Notes: a model not told the origin generated them from the sequence alone. DNA of 64,000 bases from Candidatus Omnitrophota bacterium (GCA_018817585.1 JAHITE010000080.1:5774-69773); one strand, 5' to 3'. Positions 47,521 through 57,101 are shown, counted from the stretch's first letter. Numbers and translations: made by a program.

Positions 47521-48213
47521 ATGTCTGAGCAAATAAAAACAGTAAATGAAAAAGTAATCAAAAACTGGCCGAAAGATGATCGTCCTCGGGAAAAATTACT
47601 TAAACACGGTGAACATACTTTAAGTAATGCCGAACTTTTAGCCATTCTTTTACGCACTGGCACAAAAGGGGCCAGCGCTTTGGATCTTTCCCGCAAAATT
47701 CTCCAGAAATTTAAAACATTCCGCGATATGGGACATACGGATAGTGCTCAGTGGAAAGATCTTAAGGGCTTGGGCAATGCTAAATTGGCCCAGATTCGCG
47801 CGGCAATTGAGATCGGCCGGCGTTTTGGCGAGGAAAAGCTCGCGGAAAAAATGAAAGTCAGCTCAGCCCAGGATATTATTGATCTATTGATGCCGCGAAT
47901 GCGTGATTTGAAAAAAGAAGTGTTTAAAGTTGTTTTGCTTAATTCCCAGAATCAAATCATTGAAATACTAGAAATTACTCAAGGCACAGTTAATCAGGCA
48001 GCTCCGATTATCCGGGAAATATTTCAAAAAGCTTTGCAATATTTTTCGGCTTCTATTGTTTGTGTGCACAATCATCCATCAGGCAATACTCAGCCGAGTA
48101 AAGAAGATCGAAGCTTTACTCAGGAGCTGATAAAGGCGGGGAATATATTACAGGTTAAAGTTCTCGATCATCTGATCATCGGGGATGGATGCTGGCAAAG
48201 TGTTTTGGATTAG
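47521..48213 (+). CDS. radC: RadC-family JAMM/MPN protein (UPF0758)
   Basis: N-terminal HhH-like (ELLAILLRTGTKGASALDLS) and HNHPSG...S..D JAMM motif. Confidence 0.85.
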   Translation: MSEQIKTVNEKVIKNWPKDDRPREKLLKHGEHTLSNAELLAILLRTGTKGASALDLSRKILQKFKTFRDMGHTDSAQWKDLKGLGNAKLAQIRAAIEIGRRFGEEKLAEKMKVSSAQDIIDLLMPRMRDLKKEVFKVVLLNSQNQIIEILEITQGTVNQAAPIIREIFQKALQYFSASIVCVHNHPSGNTQPSKEDRSFTQELIKAGNILQVKVLDHLIIGDGCWQSVLD

Positions 48214-48282
48214 AGCGTTAACCCGTTAACTCGCTAACTTTTTTCTGTGACCTTGTGACTTGTGTCCTGGTGACTCGTAGAG

Positions 48283-49818
48283 TTACATCCTATCGCTTTT
48301 TTCCGGAACCATTTTTATTGCCCGGATTGGTCTTACTGGGCATTTTGTCTGGCAGATGCCGCAGCCAATACAAAGTTTTTCATCTATTTCCGGGCGTAAT
48401 AATAATTTTCCGTCAACAATTTCCTCTTTAATTTTTATCGCTTTATCCGGAATGGGGCAATGTTCTTCGCAGCCAATACATTCTTTATTTTTTGCCCAGG
48501 GTAAGCATGTTTCGCGATTAATTTTCGCAATACCCAGTTTCAGCGTTTGTTTTTTGGCTAAAGGGATTTTTTTTATCGCGCCAGTTGGACATACTTGGCT
48601 GCAGAGCGTGCAATTATATTCGCAATATCCAATATCCGCGATCAGCTGCGGGCTCCAGACACCCCGTGCTCCGCAAGCAACGATCACCGGTTGCAATCCA
48701 TTGGTCGGACATACTTTCATGCAATTGCCGCAGCGGATACAGCGGTTTAAAAATGTATCTTCTTTTAATGCCGCGGGCGGTCTGATGATATAAGGATGAC
48801 GGCTGTCCAGAAAATCTTGACTTGAAGATTTTTTTATGGCCAGCAGGCTAAGCGATGAAGTTAAGGTCATAATCAGAAATTCCCGGCGGGATATTCCTGA
48901 TTTTATTTCAGGAGTTTTAGCCTGAGGCTTTAATCTTAAAGCGTTAAAATGAAAAAAAGTTTCTTGAGTTGGGCAATCATATACGCAGTCCATGCATAAA
49001 ATACATTCAGATTTCAGGTAACTAAAATCTTTTTTTATCGCGCCCATCCGGCAGCGCGTATTGCATTTTCCGCAGGCAATACATTTTGTTACCACTCTTT
49101 TTAAGGGGCTGCATTTTGCCGCAAGCGCGTATAATCCTCCCAAAGGGCAAATTGTCCGGCACCAGAGGCGTGGGATATAAAAAGCAGCAAGTATAATAAG
49201 CAGGATATCCAGCAAAGTAATCCAGGAATGAGCAAAAAAGCTTATTTTTACTCCAAGAATCGATTGCTGTAAATCGCGGTATAGATCAAATAATCGCAAT
49301 GACAGATTAGAGGCTTTTAGCAAGCGGATAAAGCTATTGTCAATAATTAAGGTAATTGCCGGAATAAGATTTAAAGATACGAATCTGCCGAAAATAACTA
49401 TAGGATCAAATAGCCAGGAAATCTGTACTTTGAAAATGGCAAAACAAAATATTATTAGTAGAATCAAATATTTAAATTTTCTTACTTTGCGATTAGTTTT
49501 GTCCGGAGCAACAAATTTTTTTTTATTCAGCCAGTTCGCGAAATCCATGAAACTGCCCAAAGGGCAAACCCAGCCGCAAAAGTATCGGCCGATAATCATG
49601 CTTAGCAATAAAAGGATTAAGCTGTAAATAATTCCGGTTAGAACAATGCGTTCGCTGAGAGAGGAAATAATCATTAGCAGCGGATTAGTTTTAAAAAACA
49701 AATCAGAGGGCAAGGGGCTGGTTAGGGGATAGGTTGTTGTCCAGAGAATGTAGCCAAAGCCTAGAAAGAATATTATTTGAGAAAATCCGCGGATAAGCAC
49801 TAGTTTTTTAAATTTCAT
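48283..49818 (-). CDS. membrane-bound polyferredoxin (NapH/MauN-like, multiple 4Fe-4S motifs)
   Basis: Several TM helices plus at least four CxxCxxCxxxCP clusters. Confidence 0.8.
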   Translation of the reverse strand: MKFKKLVLIRGFSQIIFFLGFGYILWTTTYPLTSPLPSDLFFKTNPLLMIISSLSERIVLTGIIYSLILLLLSMIIGRYFCGWVCPLGSFMDFANWLNKKKFVAPDKTNRKVRKFKYLILLIIFCFAIFKVQISWLFDPIVIFGRFVSLNLIPAITLIIDNSFIRLLKASNLSLRLFDLYRDLQQSILGVKISFFAHSWITLLDILLIILAAFYIPRLWCRTICPLGGLYALAAKCSPLKRVVTKCIACGKCNTRCRMGAIKKDFSYLKSECILCMDCVYDCPTQETFFHFNALRLKPQAKTPEIKSGISRREFLIMTLTSSLSLLAIKKSSSQDFLDSRHPYIIRPPAALKEDTFLNRCIRCGNCMKVCPTNGLQPVIVACGARGVWSPQLIADIGYCEYNCTLCSQVCPTGAIKKIPLAKKQTLKLGIAKINRETCLPWAKNKECIGCEEHCPIPDKAIKIKEEIVDGKLLLRPEIDEKLCIGCGICQTKCPVRPIRAIKMVPEKSDRM

Positions 49819-50810
49819 ACAGTTAGATCAAGGATGTTGGCTTGATCAAGATCAGCATTGCCCAAATCGCGGTTTATCGCGCTGGCGATATAGGGAATAG
49901 ACATGGGGTCATAACCCATAAGTTTGGCCGCATACGCGTCAGTTAAGACAGGCTCTGTGCCGACAATTAATTTTTGCGTAAGTTGGACATCTTCCAGATT
50001 TCCGCCTACCGGGCCATTGCGCAATAATACTCGGTAAGCATCAATCACGGTTAGGTCAGGATTAATGAAATTAGTCAGATCAGCCAGTTTTAGTCCAATA
50101 TCAGTGTGGATGTTTCCCCGCGAGCCTGAGCAAATGCCCATTAAGTTTTTCATGGAAAGGGTAAGCCCAGTGAGCCGATGATGTTTCATGATCGGGACAT
50201 TAATAAAAGTGTCGCACTCTAAAGCTTCGCGAAAAACCGGCCAGTTTTCCATGGGGCTTTGATAGGCAAATTTTGCTTGGCAGACATTCCAGGGGCTTGG
50301 AAAAAAGATATTAGCTTTATGTTCTTTGGCGATTTTCTGTATACCGCTATTATCATAACAGCGTTTAGCGTCATTGCAGCAATTATCAAAAATATTGACT
50401 CTTTTTGCTCCAGCTTGAAAACATAGATCAATTAAAGCGGCGATAACATCAGGATTTGTATTAGCGGCTTGTTCCGGGGTTCTGTCCCAAGCAATATTTG
50501 GTTTGATTAATACTGTGCTATTGGGTTTTACAAAATGTTCCATTCCTCCTATTGCCTGAATAGCTTTTAATGTAAGCTGATACGGATCACTCCCGGAAGC
50601 AGCGACTAAATCATAAGCAGTTTTAATGTTTTTTTTAATTCTGCCTGTTGAATCAGCGGGTAAGGCTAATGCGGCTTTAGCAATAATGCTTTCAGTAACT
50701 AATAAGCTGGCTCCGGAACAGAGTAATTTTAAAAATTCTTTTCTGGATATTTTTTTTTGAAATATTGAATCAAATTTCATGGCCGCCTCCTTAATCAATA
50801 AGTTTACCAT
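49815..50810 (-). CDS. DUF362-domain protein with a twin-arginine (Tat) signal
   Basis: SRKEFLKLLCSGASLL Tat motif. VLIKPNIAWDR...DLC DUF362 core. Overlaps the polyferredoxin start by 4 nt. Confidence 0.75.
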   Translation of the reverse strand: MVNLLIKEAAMKFDSIFQKKISRKEFLKLLCSGASLLVTESIIAKAALALPADSTGRIKKNIKTAYDLVAASGSDPYQLTLKAIQAIGGMEHFVKPNSTVLIKPNIAWDRTPEQAANTNPDVIAALIDLCFQAGAKRVNIFDNCCNDAKRCYDNSGIQKIAKEHKANIFFPSPWNVCQAKFAYQSPMENWPVFREALECDTFINVPIMKHHRLTGLTLSMKNLMGICSGSRGNIHTDIGLKLADLTNFINPDLTVIDAYRVLLRNGPVGGNLEDVQLTQKLIVGTEPVLTDAYAAKLMGYDPMSIPYIASAINRDLGNADLDQANILDLTV

Positions 50811-51147
50811 TTAAAACATAGATGTTCAAGGCCACAAAGACACCAGGTCAAAAGCCAAAAGCAGGCAGTTAAAATATAATCTATTAGAGGCGTTGAGAAC
50901 TAAAATAGATTGATTTGGAGGTTTTACAAAAGTTTTTAACCTGGTGACTTTGTGACCCAGGTGACCTGGTGATTTATAGATTAATTTTTAAAACTTGTGT
51001 AACCTGGGATATAAGAGTATAATCAATAAAGTAATAAGCAATACGTAATCCCGCATCAAAAGTGTAGGACAACAATATTCATGCCTAGATAGACAGCATA
51101 TCTTATTTGATCCCGTTATATATAGGCTGATAACAAAGAAAGACAGT

Positions 51148-52380
51148 ATGAGCAATTTATCACATACAAATGAACAAAATAATGCCAGTTTTTATGGCTT
51201 GGGCATAGCTCCGCGAATCTTGGAGATTTTGGAGAGTCTGAAATTTAAATCGCCAACCCCGATTCAGTTTCAGGCAATTCCTTTGGCTATTGAAGGTAAG
51301 GATGTTGTGGGCATTGCCCAGACAGGCACAGGCAAGACGCATTCTTTTGCTATTCCCATGGTTCAATGTTTGGCTGGAAAAAAAGGAATAGGCCTTGTTT
51401 TAGCTCCAACAAGAGAGCTGGCAATGCAGATAGACGAAGTTTTTCAGCTGATTGTCCCTTCCTTTAAAATGGAAGCAGTTTGTCTGATCGGCGGAGCACC
51501 AATGGATCCGCAGGTAAAAGCTTTGCGGCGTAATCCGAGAATTATTATCGCGACTCCTGGGCGTTTAATTGATCATATGAGCAATTGGAATGTATTGCCC
51601 CAGGAAGTAGAAATGCTGGTTTTAGATGAAGCGGATAGAATGCTGGATATGGGATTTTTACCCCAGATTGAGTTAATCCTGCAGCATTTGCCTAAAGAAC
51701 GGCAAACAATGTTGTTTTCCGCGACCATGCCTAAAGAAATCGTGGGCATAGCGGCTAAATATATGCAATTGCCGGTTTCTGTAGAAATCGCGCCGGCTGG
51801 GACAACCGCGGATAATGTTACGCAGGAATTATACATTGTTAAAAAAAGCGCGAAAATGGATTTATTGCGTAAAGTGCTCAGTAAGTATCATGGTCCGGTT
51901 TTGTTGTTTTCCCGGACAAAGCATAATGCCACGCGTTTAGTTCGGTCGATTCGAGGCATGGGGCATCGTGCCGCAGAAATACATTCTGATCGCAGCCTTG
52001 ATCAGCGCGTGGAAGCTTTGGAAGGATTTAAATCCGGGCAATATAAAGTGTTGGTAGCTACAGATATTGCTTCCAGGGGAATTGATGTTACAGGTATTGA
52101 ATTGGTAATCAACTATGATATTCCGGATGATGCCAGCAATTATGTTCATCGGATCGGCAGAACAGGAAGAGCCGGACATAAAGGTCACGCGATTTCTTTT
52201 GCCATGCCGGAACAAAAGCGAGATGTTGAAGATATTGAAAAACTTATTAAAGCAACTTTGCCAATCTCTAAACACCCTAAAATACAGTCGGAATCATTTA
52301 TTATGGAAACTCCGGGTAATTTTCCGCCGAAAAAAAAGCCGAGAAGGCCTTCGCCATCTTCCCCCCGCCAGAAAAAATAA
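51148..52380 (+). CDS. DEAD-box ATP-dependent RNA helicase
   Basis: Q-motif, AQTGTGKT, PTRELA, DEAD, SAT, HRIGRTGRAG. The basic C-tail ends in KKKPRRPSPSSPRQKK. Confidence 0.9.
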   Translation: MSNLSHTNEQNNASFYGLGIAPRILEILESLKFKSPTPIQFQAIPLAIEGKDVVGIAQTGTGKTHSFAIPMVQCLAGKKGIGLVLAPTRELAMQIDEVFQLIVPSFKMEAVCLIGGAPMDPQVKALRRNPRIIIATPGRLIDHMSNWNVLPQEVEMLVLDEADRMLDMGFLPQIELILQHLPKERQTMLFSATMPKEIVGIAAKYMQLPVSVEIAPAGTTADNVTQELYIVKKSAKMDLLRKVLSKYHGPVLLFSRTKHNATRLVRSIRGMGHRAAEIHSDRSLDQRVEALEGFKSGQYKVLVATDIASRGIDVTGIELVINYDIPDDASNYVHRIGRTGRAGHKGHAISFAMPEQKRDVEDIEKLIKATLPISKHPKIQSESFIMETPGNFPPKKKPRRPSPSSPRQKK

Positions 52381-52532
52381 GATTTTAAGGCAAAGGGTTG
52401 ATTGTTAAAGAGCGATAAACCAGGGAGTGCTTTTAATAAACTAAGAAAATCTATTTTTTTAATTAGGTTGACAAGCTGGGGCAATGAGCGCATACTGAAT
52501 ATAGTAGTAAATAAGGGAATTGAGGTCTTAGT

Positions 52533-52568
52533 CCGCAAGGTAAAAGAAATTCACCTTGCGGTTTTTTT
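52533..52568 (+). terminator. intrinsic terminator/attenuator hairpin (ccgcaagg...ccttgcgg + T7) in the csp leader region
   Basis: 8-bp stem then ttttttt. Sits ~60 nt downstream of a ttgaca-17-catact promoter (52466-52494). Confidence 0.55.
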
Positions 52569-52618
52569 CTTTAGGCTGTTATTTATTATAATTTAGAAAG
52601 AAGGAGGTGTAATAAATA

Positions 52619-52819
52619 ATGGCAAAAGGAACAGTTAAATGGTTTAGCGACCAAAAGGGCTATGGATTTATTGCTTCTGAGTCAGGCAAAGATGTATTCG
52701 TACATCATAATGCGATTCAGGGTAATGGTTATAAGTCTTTAAATGAGGGCCAGGAGGTTGAATTTGAAGTACAGCCAGGGCCAAAAGGTGAACAAGCGGC
52801 AAATGTAGTAAAAATATAA
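52619..52819 (+). CDS. cspA: cold-shock protein (CspA family)
   Basis: [15 protein letters not shown]...DVFVHH (RNP1/RNP2). Confidence 0.9.
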   Translation: MAKGTVKWFSDQKGYGFIASESGKDVFVHHNAIQGNGYKSLNEGQEVEFEVQPGPKGEQAANVVKI

Positions 52820-52831
52820 CTTGCATGTAGC

Positions 52832-52862
52832 AAGGCTCGAACAAAAAGTTCGGGCCTTGTTT
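52832..52862 (+). terminator. terminator hairpin after the first csp gene
   Basis: caaggctcgaac...gttcgggccttg followed by tttctt. Confidence 0.5.
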
Positions 52863-52881
52863 CTTAATAAGGAGATATGAT

Positions 52882-53091
52882 ATGCATAAGGGTAAAATAA
52901 ATAAAGTTGTTCGGGATAGAGGCTTTGGCTTTATTGATGATACAGATGGCAGACAATTATTCTTTCATCAGAGCAGTGTATCAGGAGTGGAATTTGATTC
53001 TTTAAGAGGGGAAGAACAGGTTGAGTTTGAAGTCGAAGATTCTCCTAAAGGACCAAGAGCGATTAATATAAAGATAATAGAACAAGCGTAA
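52882..53091 (+). CDS. cold-shock domain protein, second paralog
   Basis: GKINKVVRDRGFGFIDDTDGRQLFFHQSSV. Confidence 0.85.
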   Translation: MHKGKINKVVRDRGFGFIDDTDGRQLFFHQSSVSGVEFDSLRGEEQVEFEVEDSPKGPRAINIKIIEQA

Positions 53092-53134
53092 TCCCAGACA
53101 CGATGGGATTAATGTTTTTGTTTTGAGAGCAGGA

Positions 53135-53169
53135 AAAAGGGATGGCTTTAGCCATCCCTTTTTCCTGAA
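53135..53169 (+). terminator. rho-independent terminator after the csp pair
   Basis: aaagggatggct / agccatcccttt stem followed by a T-run. Preceded by a second small hairpin at 53093-53109. Confidence 0.6.
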
Positions 53170-53181
53170 AAAAAACATATT

Positions 53182-53216
53182 GACAAATAATCGTATTGTA
53201 CTATTATACATACGAA
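53182..53216 (+). promoter_or_regulatory. sigma70-like promoter of the kamA operon (-35 ttgaca, 17 bp, -10 tattat/attata)
   Basis: Read from the sequence. The next gene's RBS (ggaagga) and ATG lie at 53273. Confidence 0.5.
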
Positions 53217-53272
53217 TAAAGATAAAATTAACTTGTTTCTAAACAGTATCCTTGGAAGGAGACACGCTGTTC

Positions 53273-54457
53273 ATGGAAAGACAAATCCTAAATGGTGGAG
53301 ACTCGGAGAATGATAAACCTCCAGACTCGTGCAGTACCAGCAGTGAATATTTGAATAAAAATAATTGTAACAATAATTTAATAGTTACTGCTGAACCAAA
53401 ACCGCTTCCAAAAAAGTTGATAGCTACGGCTGAGCAATTGGCCAAGTTTATTAATTTTGACGCAACAACACGCAAAGCTTTGATTGAGATTATCAAACAA
53501 TACCATATGTTAATTCCTCCTTACTATTTTTCTTTAATTAAAGATCCAAATGATGAAAATGATCCAATTCGCAAGCAATGTGTTCCCGCGCTAGAGGAGC
53601 TTTTTTCTAATTCCATGGAAAGAGAAGATCCCTTAGGTGAAAAGAAAACATCAGTTACTAATATATTAGTGCATCGTTATCCGGATAGAGTGCTTTTAAT
53701 TTCCACATCGCGCTGTTTTATGTATTGCCGTCATTGCACGCGCAAACGTTTATGGCAGAATAATAATGTTGAACCGACTCTCGCGGAAATCCATTCTTCT
53801 TTAGAATATGTCAGAGCGCATAAAGAAATCCGAGAAATTATTATTTCCGGAGGAGATCCCTTGACCTTAAATCAAGAAAGGCTGGATTGGATTTTAGAGC
53901 AAGCGAGCAATATTGAACATATTCAGTCTATTCGTATCGGAACGAGAACTCCAGTAGTATTTCCGGAGCGAATAACCAAGAGTTTATGCCGCATTCTGGG
54001 TAAATATGATAAGCTTTGGATAAATCTGCAGTTTAATCATCCGCGGGAAATAACCCCGGAATCCACGGCAGCCTGCCAGATGCTGCAAAAAAGCGGCATC
54101 CCTTTGAGCAACCAGAGTGTTTTGTTAAAAGGGGTGAATGATTCCGTGGAGGTAATGAAAGAACTTTGTCAAAAACTCCAGGCAATCAGGGTTAGACCGT
54201 ATTATATTTTTCAATGTGATGAAGTGGTAGGGGCATCGCATTTCCGGACCTCAATATTTAGGGGCATAGAAATAATCGAGCATCTGCGCGGACATACCAG
54301 CGGAATGTGTGTTCCGAGATTTGTGGTCGATGGCCCTAATGGCAAAGGAAAAATACCTTTAGACCCGCAGTATTTGCTGAGCATGACACCGAATAAAGTG
54401 GTTTTGAGAAACTATAATAATGAAGTATTTGAATATCATAATCCCCAAAGTGATTAG
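53273..54457 (+). CDS. KamA-family radical-SAM/PLP aminomutase (lysine-2,3-aminomutase-like)
   Basis: CxxxCxxC in STSRCFMYCRHCTRKR, IISGGDPLTL (PLP region) and conserved KamA C-terminal blocks. Start chosen at the second ATG with an RBS. Confidence 0.85.
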   Translation: MERQILNGGDSENDKPPDSCSTSSEYLNKNNCNNNLIVTAEPKPLPKKLIATAEQLAKFINFDATTRKALIEIIKQYHMLIPPYYFSLIKDPNDENDPIRKQCVPALEELFSNSMEREDPLGEKKTSVTNILVHRYPDRVLLISTSRCFMYCRHCTRKRLWQNNNVEPTLAEIHSSLEYVRAHKEIREIIISGGDPLTLNQERLDWILEQASNIEHIQSIRIGTRTPVVFPERITKSLCRILGKYDKLWINLQFNHPREITPESTAACQMLQKSGIPLSNQSVLLKGVNDSVEVMKELCQKLQAIRVRPYYIFQCDEVVGASHFRTSIFRGIEIIEHLRGHTSGMCVPRFVVDGPNGKGKIPLDPQYLLSMTPNKVVLRNYNNEVFEYHNPQSD

Positions 54458-54475
54458 CTGGAAAAAGGATATTTA

Positions 54476-55489
54476 ATGAAAACAGCGCTTAATCATAAGC
54501 TTCGGGCGGGAATATGTTTTAATCTAAAAAGGGATATAGACAGCGACTCGGACGAAGAATATGATGAAATAGAAACCATAGAATTTTTGCAAAAGCGATT
54601 GGAATATTTGGGCTTTGAAGTTTTGCTTGCTGAACAAGACCAGGATTTATTCAGCAAGCTTAATAGTAATAAACTGGATTTTGTCTTGAATATCGCTGAA
54701 GGCAAAGGCAAAACCCGCAGCCGGGAATCGCAAGTTCCCTGCTTGCTGGAATGGCTGAATATCCCTTATTATGGTTCTGATCCTGCTGCTTTGGCTTTAA
54801 CTCTGGATAAATGGCTTAACTATGTTGTTTTAAAAAATTCTTCTATTCCTGTTCCGAAAATGTTTACAATATCTGATCTTCAGCAGCTGCAGAGTCTGGC
54901 TATTCCTTTTGACGGCCGTAAATATATTATTAAGCCTCGCTGGGAAGGCTCGTCCAAAGGCATTTTTGATGATTCAGTAATCAGTTCGATTGATAAATGC
55001 CGGGATAAAGTTAATTTTATTTTAACTCAATATCATCAGCCGGCATTGGTCGAAGAGTTTGTGGAAAACGAAGAAATCACTGTTGGCTTGTGTGGTAATC
55101 AGGAGCTTGAAATCCTGGGAATGATGAAGATTTCTCAAAATCAGCAAAAAAAAACTTTTGTTTATTCAATAGAAAATAAGCGGGATTGGCAGGCGCGAAT
55201 CAAATATGAGCGCGCTGAAGAAGTTATCGCGGATAAGACATTAAAGCTGCTGCGCCAATATGCCATGGCCGCGTTTAAGGTGCTTGGCTTGGCTGATGTG
55301 GCACGCATAGATTTTCGGGTGGACAACCTGGGTGTACCAAAAATAATTGATGTAAACCCTTTGCCAGGGCTTTCTCCTAGGTATAGTGATTTAATGCTAA
55401 TCTCCAAGCTGCATAATAAGAAATTTGTTGATGTGGTTGATAAGATTTTAAACATATCTTTAAAAAGGAATAATATACATACCTCGTGA
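54476..55489 (+). CDS. ATP-grasp ligase, D-Ala-D-Ala ligase (Ddl)/PylC-like, paralog 1
   Basis: EGKGKTRSRESQVPCLLEWLNIPYYGSDPAALALTLDKWL..., the Ddl central-domain pattern (HG..GEDG..QG.LE..GIPY.GS....A..MDK), and a C-terminal ATP-grasp (ARIDFRVD...IIDVNPLPGL). Confidence 0.8.
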   Translation: MKTALNHKLRAGICFNLKRDIDSDSDEEYDEIETIEFLQKRLEYLGFEVLLAEQDQDLFSKLNSNKLDFVLNIAEGKGKTRSRESQVPCLLEWLNIPYYGSDPAALALTLDKWLNYVVLKNSSIPVPKMFTISDLQQLQSLAIPFDGRKYIIKPRWEGSSKGIFDDSVISSIDKCRDKVNFILTQYHQPALVEEFVENEEITVGLCGNQELEILGMMKISQNQQKKTFVYSIENKRDWQARIKYERAEEVIADKTLKLLRQYAMAAFKVLGLADVARIDFRVDNLGVPKIIDVNPLPGLSPRYSDLMLISKLHNKKFVDVVDKILNISLKRNNIHTS

Positions 55490-56484
55490 AAGTATTAATA
55501 GCTATTGCCCGCGAAAATAATGCCAGACAAGATAATGCCGACGCTTCGCGCTGCGCGGATTCGATCAAAGCAGCTTTGTCAGCAAAAAATATAGCTGCCG
55601 ATTTATTTTTTGTCGAGCCTGGCGACTTTTTAAGGTCTGAAAAAAATTTAATAAGAAAAATTAAAAATTTAAATCCCGACTGTGTATTTAATTTGTTTGA
55701 AGGATTTAGTTATGACGCGCAAAGGGAAATTGATTTTGCTGGTATCTTGGAGAAGACCGGGATCGCGTTTACCGGGAATAAAAGTAAAGTCTTAGAGCAA
55801 TGTTTGGATAAAAACTTGTGTAAAAATCTTTTGCTAAAGGCTGGTTTGCCTGTGCCAGCTGGTCTTTGTCTTAAGCCAGGAGAAGGCTTGAGTTCAAGTA
55901 AGCTTAAATTGCCTGTGTTTATTAAGCCATGCTGTGAAGACGCGAGCGTGGGGATTGATAAAGATTCTTTGGTTTCTAACCAGGAAGATTTAAATAAAGT
56001 TATAAATTTAAAACTGCAAAAGCATCCGGAAGGCCTGATTATTGAAGAGTTTCTTTCCGGTAATGAATACAATGTGTCCTTTATTGGTCAGCCGCCTTAT
56101 GAAATGCTGGGTATCTCGATCATGGATTATTCCAAAGTCAACGCGCAAAAACCGTTTATGAGTTATGAGGCTAAGTGGGAGCGGCAAAGTCCGGATTTCA
56201 ATAAGCTGATTCCCCAAGTGATCGCGAAAAATCAATACAGTGATTTAGAAAAACAAATTGCTGATCTCTGCGTTCAAGCAGCGCGAAATATCGGATGTTC
56301 CGGCTATTTTAGAGTAGACCTGAGGCAAAGCAATAATAAAATTTTTATAATTGATGTTAATCCTAATCCGGATATAAATAATGACAGCGGCTTTGCCCGT
56401 CAGGCCTATTCCGCGGGGTATACATATGAAGAAATTATTTGTAAAATACTTAGTTTAACTATGGAAAGACTAAACCTTGATTGA
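55486..56484 (+). CDS. ATP-grasp ligase, Ddl-like, paralog 2 (start overlaps the previous stop)
   Basis: VFNLFEGFSYDAQREIDFAGILEKTGIAFTGNKSKVLEQCLDKNL..., and FRVDLRQS.NKIFIIDVNPNPD. Confidence 0.8.
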   Translation: MKVLIAIARENNARQDNADASRCADSIKAALSAKNIAADLFFVEPGDFLRSEKNLIRKIKNLNPDCVFNLFEGFSYDAQREIDFAGILEKTGIAFTGNKSKVLEQCLDKNLCKNLLLKAGLPVPAGLCLKPGEGLSSSKLKLPVFIKPCCEDASVGIDKDSLVSNQEDLNKVINLKLQKHPEGLIIEEFLSGNEYNVSFIGQPPYEMLGISIMDYSKVNAQKPFMSYEAKWERQSPDFNKLIPQVIAKNQYSDLEKQIADLCVQAARNIGCSGYFRVDLRQSNNKIFIIDVNPNPDINNDSGFARQAYSAGYTYEEIICKILSLTMERLNLD

Positions 56485-56966
56485 ATCCGGAGTCTGGCAT
56501 GAAATATGAAATAAAACAGTACTTAAAAATAACCAAGAGTACCGCGGTTTTTACAGAAGGCGAAATTGAGATTTTAAAAGAACTGTTAGAGGATTTGCAG
56601 AATAATAAAAAAACAACATACAGCTTGATTGAAGAAGCAGCGGATGGTAAATTAGCCGGGTTTACTTTATTTGGCCGTACGCCATTAACGGAATTCACCT
56701 GGGATATTTATTGGATAATCGTGGATAAATCATTTCAGGGCAGAGGGATTGGAAAATCGCTGCTAATCAAAACCGAAGAACTGATTAAAGCGAAAACACC
56801 CAGAGCGACAATAAAGCTGGAAACATCGACAAGAAACCAATATTCCGCGGCGCGGGGTTTATATAAAAAAGTGAAATTTGAAGAAGCAGGTAAACTGGTG
56901 AATTTTTATTCTGAAGGCGATGATATGGTTATTTTTTATAAAGAGATTCGTGTCGCGGAAAAATAA
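56481..56966 (+). CDS. GNAT family N-acetyltransferase (start overlaps the previous stop)
   Basis: IVDKSFQGRGIGKSLL (acetyl-CoA P-loop Q/RxxGxG/A). Confidence 0.8.
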   Translation: MNPESGMKYEIKQYLKITKSTAVFTEGEIEILKELLEDLQNNKKTTYSLIEEAADGKLAGFTLFGRTPLTEFTWDIYWIIVDKSFQGRGIGKSLLIKTEELIKAKTPRATIKLETSTRNQYSAARGLYKKVKFEEAGKLVNFYSEGDDMVIFYKEIRVAEK

Positions 56967-57101
56967 GTGTACTGATTTTGATGGATGAGAATAGATAAAT
57001 TAGAAAAAATAACTGGATGCTTGATTTTATCAGACAATTTGATATAATAAAAGACTTTAACACTTTAAAATATAGAAAAGCATAAAAAGGAGATAGTTCC
57101 A

